Source of the DNA: a virus
Direction: 5' to 3' (one strand)
Virus record (IMG/VR): IMGVR_UViG_3300037104_000290
Coordinates: 1 to 34,843 of that record
DNA length: 34,843 bases
Shown here in pieces: positions 26,745 to 33,212 of this stretch. Numbering within the stretch: the stretch's first letter is position 1; every line of letters starts with the position of its first letter. The position numbers and the translations under genes were made by a program. Under the pieces are notes generated by a model. The model saw only the letters and a list, made by a program, of their open reading frames with translations, ran no database searches and was not told the DNA's origin.

Positions 26745-26957
26745 GAGGTTGGTGAGAACACAGTTATCCCTCAAGCCGGATGTATTGAGTGGGGGCGTGT
26801 CTGTGGGCTTTTAGTGGCCCCCAGCCCCACCCATAGAAAGACCGACGGGAAGCGAAACACAAGACTAGTGGCGTCGTGTGAGTACCACTCCCGCATAGAT
26901 CGGCGAGCGTGTCAATACTATTAAGACAATATCACCTGATAGCAAAAATGATATCTA

Positions 26958-26986
26958 TTGACAAGTATGGAAAAGTGATATAAAAT
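26958..26986 (+). promoter_or_regulatory. Early rightward sigma70 promoter
   Basis: TTGACA (26958-26963), 17-nt spacer, TAAAAT (26981-26986). Alternative -10 is TG-extended TATAAA. Flanked by TGATA[GT] repeats. Confidence 0.65.
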
Positions 26987-26993
26987 CGACATC

Positions 26994-27053
26994 ATGAACA
27001 AGAAAAAGAAGAAAGCGGTTAGGAAGGCATTCCTGGTGCGAATCCACCCGTGA
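26994..27053 (+). pseudogene. 19-codon remnant of an RHH gene (or leader peptide): MNKKKKKAVRKAFLVRIHP*
   Basis: Aligns with the N-terminus of 31040-31249 (MGKKKLTKPARRAILIRIHPW...). The promoter upstream is also similar (tattgacaag). Confidence 0.45.
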
Positions 27054-27134
27054 CGGATTGTCGGAAACGTGCCATACTCTGATCATCAAGACGGATGCGG
27101 GGTAGTGAGGTACCGATCCACGGAGGTATAGGGC

Positions 27135-27410
27135 ATGGAAAAGAAGACGGTTTTGACAGGATTTGCTATCGTCGTCTGTGATCGGGGTTTTGTGTATGTC
27201 GGCCAGATGACCCATGATGGAGAGTTCGCCGTGCTCGAAGGAGCCCGCAATATTCGCTACTGGGGAACGACAAACGGGCTCGGGGAGCTGGCGCTCAATG
27301 GTCCGACGAGCAAAACGAAGCTGGATGCCTGTGGGACTGTTCGCGTCCCGGCGCATGCGGTCATCAACATCCTCGATACGGAGGCAAGAAAATGGCCGTC
27401 CTCGAAGTAA
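27135..27410 (+). CDS. Small conserved phage protein (pattern VVC..G.VYVG......VLEGARNIRYWG...GLGELA..GP), function unknown
   Basis: ORF 27135-27410 with GGAGG SD. I recognise the pattern as a recurrent small phage family. Confidence 0.7.
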   Translation: MEKKTVLTGFAIVVCDRGFVYVGQMTHDGEFAVLEGARNIRYWGTTNGLGELALNGPTSKTKLDACGTVRVPAHAVINILDTEARKWPSSK

Positions 27411-27694
27411 CGCTCGACGGTTCCGGTTACGGTTACGGTTACGGTTACGGTTACGGTTCCGGTGACGGTGACGGTTACGGTTACGGTTCCGGTGACGGTT
27501 ACGGTTACGGTGACGGTTACGGTTCCGGTTCCGGTTACGGTTACGGTTACGGTGACGGTTCCGGTTACGGTTACGGTTACGGTTACGGTTCCGGTTACGG
27601 TTACGGTTCCGGTTACGGTTCCGGTGACGGTTACGGTTCCGGTGACGGTAACGGTTACGGTTCCGGTTACAGTGACGGTGACGGTGACGGGTAA
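27392..27694 (+). CDS. Dipeptide-repeat protein (Gly-[Tyr/Ser/Asp/Asn])n
   Basis: ORF 27392-27694. GGAGG at 27380-27384, 7 nt before the ATG. Overlaps the upstream gene by 19 nt. Confidence 0.6.
   Translation: MAVLEVTLDGSGYGYGYGYGYGSGDGDGYGYGSGDGYGYGDGYGSGSGYGYGYGDGSGYGYGYGYGSGYGYGSGYGSGDGYGSGDGNGYGSGYSDGDGDG
27419..27691. repeat. About 45 tandem hexamers GGT-[T/G/A][A/C]C
   Basis: Read directly: ggttac, ggttcc, ggtgac, one ggtaac, one agtgac. Confidence 0.95.
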
Positions 27695-27699
27695 AAGGA

Positions 27700-27725
27700 A
27701 CGGCCGGGGTGCGACTCCCGGCCGT
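27700..27725 (+). other. Stable 9-bp GC hairpin after the GY-repeat gene, with no U-tract
   Basis: ACGGCCGGG-gtgcgact-CCCGGCCGT. Confidence 0.5.
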
Positions 27726-27819
27726 GGATTGGGGGCGCCGCGTTGCGGCACAGGAGGAATGTGGCAAGGTCGATACTACACGCCTGCCACGCAGTTGTCA
27801 ACACAAGGAGAGGGCACAA

Positions 27820-28059
27820 ATGATCGACAAAAAGCGCATAGCGAACCTGATCGTTGAGATGGGTGAGGGTGACTTCTTCGACTCACTTGTCAGGGTGGTC
27901 AAAGACCGGGAAATCACGGAGTGGGTGGATGGCGGAGAGAACTTCGACGACAAGGCTTACAAAGAGTTTACCGATGCCACCACATGCGCAGGATTGCTCG
28001 CATATCGAATGCGAGAGGGTAGCAAGGAATCGGCGAAGAGAAAGGACGCAACAGAATGA
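27820..28059 (+). CDS. Hypothetical 79-aa acidic protein
   Basis: ATG 27820 within ORF 27709-28059, preceded by AAGGAGAGGG. Confidence 0.55.
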   Translation: MIDKKRIANLIVEMGEGDFFDSLVRVVKDREITEWVDGGENFDDKAYKEFTDATTCAGLLAYRMREGSKESAKRKDATE

Positions 28060-28928
28060 AAGCAAAATCCACAAAGCGCGGGCAGCCGAAGGGGACGGCG
28101 GTAATGAAGAAGGAGTCTTCTCTGCTAATACCGGCCGAGGGCAAGATCGATTTCCAGACTCTTGTGGCCCGGGCGATCGACAAGAGCCTGCCCGTCGAGA
28201 CTATGGAGCGGCTCCTCGCGATGGTAGAGAAGCAGAAAGCGGCATGGGCGAAGGATCAATTCTTCGCAGCCCTTTCGCGGTTTCAAAATGCCTGTCCACC
28301 CGTCAAAAAGACTCATGATGTCTATGATCGCAAAGGTGCCTATCGTTATAGCTACGCGGCGCTTGAGGATATTGTGGAGACCGTAAAGACTCCATTGGAG
28401 CGAAACGGTTTGAGCTACACGATCAAGACCGAGCAGAACAAGGACGAGGTTGCGGCAATCTGCATTGCTCACCACGTGGATGGACACGAGGAGCAGACTC
28501 GTTTTGCCGTCCCCATCGATCATGAGGCATACATGAACGCGGCGCAGAAGGTAGCAAGCGCTCTTACCTACGCGAAACGCTACGCATTCAATAATGCCTT
28601 CGGGATCATGACGGCGGAAGATGATGACGACGCTCAAGGCACAGGGGCTCCAAAGAAGCAGCATACAGCCCGCAAAGAATACGCCGATGAGCCAGTCGAC
28701 ATCGAGTATGAGGTTGGGGGAGGCAAGGGGAGCAAGTCAGATATCCCCGTCGCGTCTTCCGCCGACTGCCAGGCCCTCTACGATGCAATCCTGCCTAAGT
28801 TGGAAACCATGGCGCCGAATGTGGCGAACCGCTTCCGCGACACGGCGGATCGGAACCTTGAACAGAAAAACTGCGATGCTCTCAAGGCATTACTGGATAC
28901 CGTGAATCGAATAGAGGCAAAGGCATGA
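28056..28928 (+). CDS. erf: ERF-family single-strand annealing protein
   Basis: YRYSYAALEDIVETVKTPLERNGL...HHVDGHEE...QKVASALTYAKRYAFNNAFGIMTAEDDDDA matches the ERF pattern. ATGA overlap. Confidence 0.75.
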   Translation: MKAKSTKRGQPKGTAVMKKESSLLIPAEGKIDFQTLVARAIDKSLPVETMERLLAMVEKQKAAWAKDQFFAALSRFQNACPPVKKTHDVYDRKGAYRYSYAALEDIVETVKTPLERNGLSYTIKTEQNKDEVAAICIAHHVDGHEEQTRFAVPIDHEAYMNAAQKVASALTYAKRYAFNNAFGIMTAEDDDDAQGTGAPKKQHTARKEYADEPVDIEYEVGGGKGSKSDIPVASSADCQALYDAILPKLETMAPNVANRFRDTADRNLEQKNCDALKALLDTVNRIEAKA

Positions 28929-29584
28929 TCTACACGCCAAAGGAAGGCCGATCGGTCTACAAGACAAAGGACAATGTCCGCGTCCCCTCGTGCACCACCA
29001 TCACCGACGTAATCCGAAAGCCCGCCCTTGAGCGCTGGAACAACACCATGGGCCTCAAGGGCATCGACACGGTCAAGTACGTGGACGAGCTGGCGCAGGC
29101 GGGAACGCTGGCGCACTACTTTGTCGAATGCGACATCCAGGAGATGGAGCGCGACCCCGCCTTTGTGGCAAAGTTCGACGACGTAGACAGGGCCCGCGCA
29201 GAGACCTCCCTCGTCAAGTACCACGAATGGCGCGTTCAGCACATCATCAAGGTTATCCTCGTGGAGCGGGAACTCGTCAGCGAAGTCTACCGGTATGGCG
29301 GCAAGCTGGACTTGCTCCTGGAAATCGACGGCATGCTGACACTGGTCGACATCAAGACGAGTAAGGCGATATACGACGATCAGTACACGCAGGTCGCCGG
29401 ATATTGGATTCTCGCGCACGAACTCGGCTTCGACATACAGAAGGCTGGTATTCTGCGGATCGGGCGCAATCCTGACGAGGGATTCGAGTATCGCGAGATG
29501 GAGCACGTCGAACTACAGACCCGGCGCTTTCTCGCGTGCCGGGAGTTGTATGAGGTGAGCGGCCTTTTGAAAAAAGCTTCATGA
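28925..29584 (+). CDS. PD-(D/E)XK (RecB/Cas4-like) nuclease
   Basis: GGKLDLLLEIDG.LTLVDIKTSK...QYTQVAGY, i.e. D...D/E-x-K plus a QxxxY motif. Partner position next to the annealase. Confidence 0.7.
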   Translation: MIYTPKEGRSVYKTKDNVRVPSCTTITDVIRKPALERWNNTMGLKGIDTVKYVDELAQAGTLAHYFVECDIQEMERDPAFVAKFDDVDRARAETSLVKYHEWRVQHIIKVILVERELVSEVYRYGGKLDLLLEIDGMLTLVDIKTSKAIYDDQYTQVAGYWILAHELGFDIQKAGILRIGRNPDEGFEYREMEHVELQTRRFLACRELYEVSGLLKKAS

Positions 29585-29676
29585 ATCACGACGAAAGGAG
29601 CGGGTAGTCGTATGACGTTCCATCTCCAGAGGACTGGCGACAGCCGCATGATGGTCTACGAGGGGAAGGAGAAATC

Positions 29677-30528
29677 ATGACAGGCTACAAGGTATTCACG
29701 TACGACAGGCGCCCGCCGGTGCAGGGTGGTGATCCCATCTGGGACGGGGCGATGCCCTACGACCTGCCTACCGTTAAGCTGGATCGCGGCGCTGCGGAGT
29801 GCGCGGCAGGTTGGCATTTCTGCTTGTCTCTACCAATCGCTCTGCGCATTGTAGGGCTGTGGCCCGATGGTCGACCGTCGTGCGTGGCCGCAGTTGAGGC
29901 TGATGACGTGGTGGAGCGAGAGGAGAAATGTCGCGCGGCTACCCTACACCTCACGCGTTGGCTGGACGAGGCGGAGATCAGAGACGGTGTGCTGGAGATG
30001 TCGGCTCCGTTTGGCGCGCACGCAGAGACGATGACCTCCGAGCAGATGTCGTGGCGCACAGCTCTGGCTCGGCCTCAACACGACCGTGCTAACGTAGAGG
30101 CAGGACTACATATAGCGATGGCGACGCGGGGATTGGACTGGCAACTCAGAGAGTTTCCAACCGCCTGGGACGCCAGGGCCGCCAAGGACACCTGGGACGC
30201 CAGGGACGCCAGGGCCGCCAGGGACGCCAGGGCCTCCTGGTCCGCCTGGGACGCCTGGGACGCCAGGGCCGCCTGGTCCGCCAGGGCCGCCTGGGACGCC
30301 AGGGCCGCCTGGGCCGCCTGGGCCGCCAAGGACACCTGGGACGCCAGGGCCGCCTGGGCCGCCATGGTGGTCTATTACGTTGCTCTAATGGGATGGATCA
30401 AATATCCTGCGGATCTGCTCACCGACGGGCTCCGCGATGCGTACTCATTCGGTCTCGGGATTGCTCTGCCGACTGGACCGAGAGAGTTGGGATGGGCGAT
30501 GGATGCCCACGAGGGGAGGACGAGGTGA
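29677..30528 (+). CDS. Repeat protein paralog A: YKVF...GWHFC N-terminal domain plus (Ala-[Trp/Arg/Lys]-[Asp/Ala/Ser])n array plus conserved tail
   Basis: ORF 29677-30528. AAGGAGA SD. The N-terminal pattern GYKVF...C..GWHFC is a recurrent phage domain of unknown function. Confidence 0.75.
   Translation: MTGYKVFTYDRRPPVQGGDPIWDGAMPYDLPTVKLDRGAAECAAGWHFCLSLPIALRIVGLWPDGRPSCVAAVEADDVVEREEKCRAATLHLTRWLDEAEIRDGVLEMSAPFGAHAETMTSEQMSWRTALARPQHDRANVEAGLHIAMATRGLDWQLREFPTAWDARAAKDTWDARDARAARDARASWSAWDAWDARAAWSARAAWDARAAWAAWAAKDTWDARAAWAAMVVYYVALMGWIKYPADLLTDGLRDAYSFGLGIALPTGPRELGWAMDAHEGRTR
30163..30363. repeat. About 22 tandem 9-nt units GCC-NGG-G[A/C]C (variants ACC, TCC, AAG)
   Basis: Read directly, in frame with the CDS. 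Confidence 0.9.
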
Positions 30529-30731
30529 CGTGGCATCTCCTCGGAAGCATGTCCGGCCGAACTGAGCATGTGCTCAAGTACGGGTGTGATCAATACCCGG
30601 GACTCATGAAAGAAATCCTGACCAGCATTCGAAACGGTCACCCTACCGTCCGAGTTGAGACGAGCTACTACTGGGAGGCATCGAAAGAGATATACGATAT
30701 GGTAGATGCTGCTCTCGAGGCCAGGAAGTGA
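30525..30731 (+). CDS. Hypothetical 68-aa protein
   Basis: GTG 30525 in a GTGA overlap with the paralog A stop, using the same GGAGGA SD module that precedes the methyltransferase at 124. Confidence 0.45.
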   Translation: MTWHLLGSMSGRTEHVLKYGCDQYPGLMKEILTSIRNGHPTVRVETSYYWEASKEIYDMVDAALEARK

Positions 30732-30807
30732 TGGAAGGGACATCTCGAATACGAATATCGATCTTTTCACTTGAGTTCTGTAGATCAAACCTGAGAAGGA
30801 AGGGGTT

Positions 30808-30839
30808 GGAAACCAAGAGGTGGTTTCCTCTTTTCTTTC
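30808..30839 (+). terminator. Rho-independent terminator
   Basis: GGAAACCA-agagg-TGGTTTCC followed by TCTTTTCTTTC. Confidence 0.75.
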
Positions 30840-30987
30840 GGCCCTTTGTTGTACGTCCCTATCTCTCTATCGGGGGAAGTACAATATATCCGGCATCGAG
30901 GGAAAAATGTCAATACTTGCAAAACGATTCTGAATCGATTTCACTTGCTTTCCAAAAGATATCAAGAAAAATGTGTTAAAAAAGGTA

Positions 30988-31014
30988 TTGACAAGATGCA
31001 CAAAATGATAGCAT
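30988..31014 (+). promoter_or_regulatory. Second early promoter, similar to the one at 26958
   Basis: TTGACA (30988-30993), then TG-extended TAGCAT (31009-31014) with a short 15-nt spacer. Shares tattgacaag and TGATAGCA with the 26958 promoter region. Confidence 0.45.
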
Positions 31015-31039
31015 GATTTGTTGGAAGGGGGAGGCGTGG

Positions 31040-31249
31040 ATGGGCAAGAAAAAACTAACGAAACCCGCAAGGAGAGCCATTCTGATTCGCATTCATCCCT
31101 GGATGTATACCGCACTCAAGGCTGAGGCGAAGGCGTCCATGATACCGACAAGCGTCAATCGTTTGGTGGTGGAGGCACTTCTGGACAAGTACCGCAACAT
31201 TTCCGTTTCTCTGGGAGCAAAGGTAAAGGGACATGAGCTTCCAAGATGA
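31040..31249 (+). CDS. Ribbon-helix-helix DNA-binding protein
   Basis: ATG 31040 within ORF 31013-31249 (GGGGGAGG SD). ILIRIHPWMYTALKAEAKASMIPTSVNRLVVEALL fits the RHH pattern. Confidence 0.6.
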   Translation: MGKKKLTKPARRAILIRIHPWMYTALKAEAKASMIPTSVNRLVVEALLDKYRNISVSLGAKVKGHELPR

Positions 31250-31490
31250 CATTCTCCGACGAGCAATCAAGACAATCTCAGAGGATTTGTTCCCGGAGAC
31301 TCTGGAGAAGCTACGCAAAAAGGCGCGAGATGAACATCTGACCTTACAGCAGCAACTCGACATGATAACCGAAGAGGCAATGCGCGGATACGTCGAGCCT
31401 GATTCCTTGAAAGGTCGCAAAGAGCCGGAGAAGATTATTCCTCCGCCTTCGGTCAGGGACGGCAAGTCCGCTGCGGCTGGAGATACGTAG
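31233..31490 (+). CDS. Small RHH-like protein, paralog of 2321-2593
   Basis: ORF 31233-31490. About 80% identity at protein and DNA level to 2321-2593. Confidence 0.7.
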   Translation: MSFQDDILRRAIKTISEDLFPETLEKLRKKARDEHLTLQQQLDMITEEAMRGYVEPDSLKGRKEPEKIIPPPSVRDGKSAAAGDT

Positions 31491-31837
31491 AATGATGTCT
31501 CTCATGCGCGGGGTCACGATGTGTCGGTCAGTCAAGGCGGGTTCACTCCCGCCATCCCCACAACCCGGGCCTCACAATCATTGCCCCAGGGTGCGCGCGC
31601 GTTTGGTGCGAGGTTGCAAGCGGGTGGAAAGCCCGCATTTCATGCCCCCGACCGCAACGCGAAAAATCATCGCGTGGTGCGCGACCGGAGAGCGACGAGT
31701 GTTTGCAACGTGACACCGTTCAACTCGGCGCGGGGGCTCGAGGGGGAAGTGGTACCAACGGCGCGAGTAAAGAGGAAAAAAAGACGAGCGTCTGCGCATA
31801 CGCTTCCCCGACTTTTTCAAGGGAGAAAGGAGAGACA
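31491..31837 (+). ncRNA. GC-rich non-coding stretch with multiple hairpins: candidate structured RNA or replication origin
   Basis: No credible ORF; all frames give Arg/Pro-rich nonsense. Hairpins: GGCGGG-ttcact-CCCGCC (31536-31553), GCGGG-tggaaag-CCCGC (31620-31636), ACGCGA-aaaatca-TCGCGT (31657-31675). Possible long-range GCCCCCG/CGGGGGC pairing, and AGCGT-ctgcgcat-ACGCT followed by a T-run. Confidence 0.3.
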
Positions 31838-32419
31838 ATGCAGTACGGAAGATTTTTCGAGATTGGCAAGGGCATCCTTTGCGACCAGCTCCGTTTTCTG
31901 GCGGTCGCCGTCGCGGAAGATATGATGCGGTACTTCATGCAGTACATCCGCGTCGAACAGGCTGAGGAGGGATTGCGCGCTGTCGCGTCGGACGGAAGAC
32001 GGCTACACCTCGTTACCAAACTTGCCCCGAAAGCCGCAATGGAGGGGATCGTGCCCGGAGCCTATGCCGTGATGAAGAAGACAGGTCGGTCGATCTGGCT
32101 CGTGAAGATCGAGGAAGGCGCCGGCGACTTTCCCGACTACAAACGCATTTTCAAAGAGGAGCCCCCAACATTCGAGGGCAAATGGCGAGGGATGCAGAAG
32201 AACACCGCGTCACTGTTCGAGTTGTGCTATTCCTTCCCGGAACCGACAGCGCTGAATCTGCGGTACCTGGAGGACATCGGCGCCGAGGAGTGGACGGTGA
32301 AATGGTGGGCTCCCAGCTACGGCGTTCTTTTCGAGGCCAAGGATCGACAGGCCGTCATCATGCCGATCGATCTAAAGCAGGAAAACTTCGTCCGGCAGGA
32401 AAATAAGGAATCGGCATAA
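31838..32419 (+). CDS. Half-size DnaN (beta sliding clamp)-like protein, 193 aa
   Basis: ATG 31838 (AGGAGA SD) within ORF 31703-32419. LRAVASDGRRLHLV resembles the clamp ATDGHRLA motif, GDFPDYKRIF resembles GRFPDY, and ALNLRYLEDIG...AVIMPI resembles the clamp C-terminus. Confidence 0.55.
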   Translation: MQYGRFFEIGKGILCDQLRFLAVAVAEDMMRYFMQYIRVEQAEEGLRAVASDGRRLHLVTKLAPKAAMEGIVPGAYAVMKKTGRSIWLVKIEEGAGDFPDYKRIFKEEPPTFEGKWRGMQKNTASLFELCYSFPEPTALNLRYLEDIGAEEWTVKWWAPSYGVLFEAKDRQAVIMPIDLKQENFVRQENKESA

Positions 32420-32460
32420 GCCTTTCGTCTCATAGGCAAGGAAGGGCGAGGAGGCGAAAG

Positions 32461-33027
32461 ATGAGGATAATGGATGCGATGCTGGCGGGGGCGTGCAGGG
32501 AGCAGCGGGAGCGCTTTGCAGCCGAATGGCCTGATGGAGCCGAGGTTACGGAGGCTAACGTGCTGCGGGCGTTCGTCCTTGGGTTGGACGTAGACTGGCT
32601 CTTGAGCCATGTCCTGCCGGCCCCGCTGTGGGCGGAGTACCAGCGGCAGGAGGACCCGCTGTTGGCGGAGTACGAGCGGCAGAGGGCCCCGCTGTTGGCG
32701 GAGTACCAGCGGCAGAGGGCCCCGCTGTGGGCGGAGTACCGGTGGCAGGAGGACCCGCTGTTGGCGGAGTACGAGCGGCAGAGGGCCCCGCTGTTGGCGG
32801 AGTACCAGCGGCAGAGGGCCCCGCTGTTGGCGGAGTACCAGCGGCAGGAGGCCCCGCTGTTGGCGGAGTACCAGCGGCAGAGGGCCCCGCTGTGGGTGGA
32901 GTACCAGCGGCAGGAGGCCCAGCTGTTGGAGGAGTACCAGCGGCAGAGGGCCCCGCTGTGGGCGGAGTACCAGCGGCAGAGGGCCCCGCTGATCGTAGCG
33001 ATGCTGGAGCGAGGAGGCGAGAGATGA
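32461..33027 (+). CDS. Repeat protein: ~55-aa N-terminal domain plus 11 copies of an 11-residue unit AEYQRQRAPL[L/W]
   Basis: ORF 32461-33027 with GAGGAGG SD. ATGA overlap with the next gene. Confidence 0.7.
   Translation: MRIMDAMLAGACREQRERFAAEWPDGAEVTEANVLRAFVLGLDVDWLLSHVLPAPLWAEYQRQEDPLLAEYERQRAPLLAEYQRQRAPLWAEYRWQEDPLLAEYERQRAPLLAEYQRQRAPLLAEYQRQEAPLLAEYQRQRAPLWVEYQRQEAQLLEEYQRQRAPLWAEYQRQRAPLIVAMLERGGER
32622..32992. repeat. About 11 tandem 33-nt units
   Basis: Read directly. The region is open in all three plus frames and one minus frame. Confidence 0.9.
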
Positions 33028-33212
33028 CAAGACCGAAAGAGCTGATCCGCGCTGGGCTGTCCCTGCGGACAATCTACCGCCGAGCCGGCGCGCTGCGGGA
33101 GGCGCTGGTGAAGGTGAGGAGAATTGTCGAATCCGAAGCCTCAGTAAACGTACAGGTTAAAGTCGCCAAGATTGTTGGCGCCGCCCTTGCGGCCCACAAA
33201 GGAGATAGGTAG
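33024..33212 (+). CDS. 62-aa basic protein, possible helix-turn-helix
   Basis: ATG 33024 (ATGA overlap). MTRPKELIRAGLSLRTIYRRAGALREAL. The next ATG directly follows its stop. Confidence 0.45.
   Translation: MTRPKELIRAGLSLRTIYRRAGALREALVKVRRIVESEASVNVQVKVAKIVGAALAAHKGDR

Larger units (their letters stand above)
29658..30528 (+). repeat. Dispersed direct repeat, copy A; copy B is 33928-34843
   Basis: About 505 nt of near-identity from acgaggggaaggagaaatcatgacagg onward, then arrays of different length, then a shared 3' block ending gaggtga. Confidence 0.9.

Noticed and set aside
27419-27691. Diversity-generating retroelement variable region. The GGT-NNC units look like mutagenised AAC codons, and the NGG variation in other arrays looked similar.
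   Set aside because: There is no reverse transcriptase, template repeat or accessory gene anywhere in the closed genome. The variable codons use a small fixed set (TAC/TCC/GAC/AAC; TGG/AGG/GGG) rather than the broad spectrum expected from adenine mutagenesis.
26955-27767. Long minus-strand ORFs across the GY array: (Arg-Asn)n 26955-27767 and (Val-Thr)n 27257-27751.
   Set aside because: They are shadow frames kept open by the repeat. They run antisense through the SD-preceded genes 27135-27410 and 27392-27694 and through the early promoter region.
30163-30363. Collagen-like triplet repeat.
   Set aside because: The invariant residue of each triplet is Ala, not Gly, and there is no Pro enrichment. 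Only the period of three is shared.
30728-30979. 83-aa ORF downstream of 30525-30731.
   Set aside because: It spans a clear terminator hairpin with a T-tract and the AT-rich promoter/operator region. The sequence is not protein-like.
31521-31925. 134-aa ORF, with 31492-31713 and 31578-31838 (minus), in the GC-rich gap.
   Set aside because: The Arg/Pro/Ala-rich composition is typical of non-coding GC-rich DNA. There is no SD. The ORF overlaps the well-supported start (31838) of the clamp-like gene.
32317-33072. Minus-strand 251-aa ORF and the two extra plus-strand ORFs (32609, 32628) over the 33-nt array.
   Set aside because: They are open only because the repeat lacks stops. They have no SD or coupling, whereas frame 32461 has GAGGAGG and an ATGA junction.
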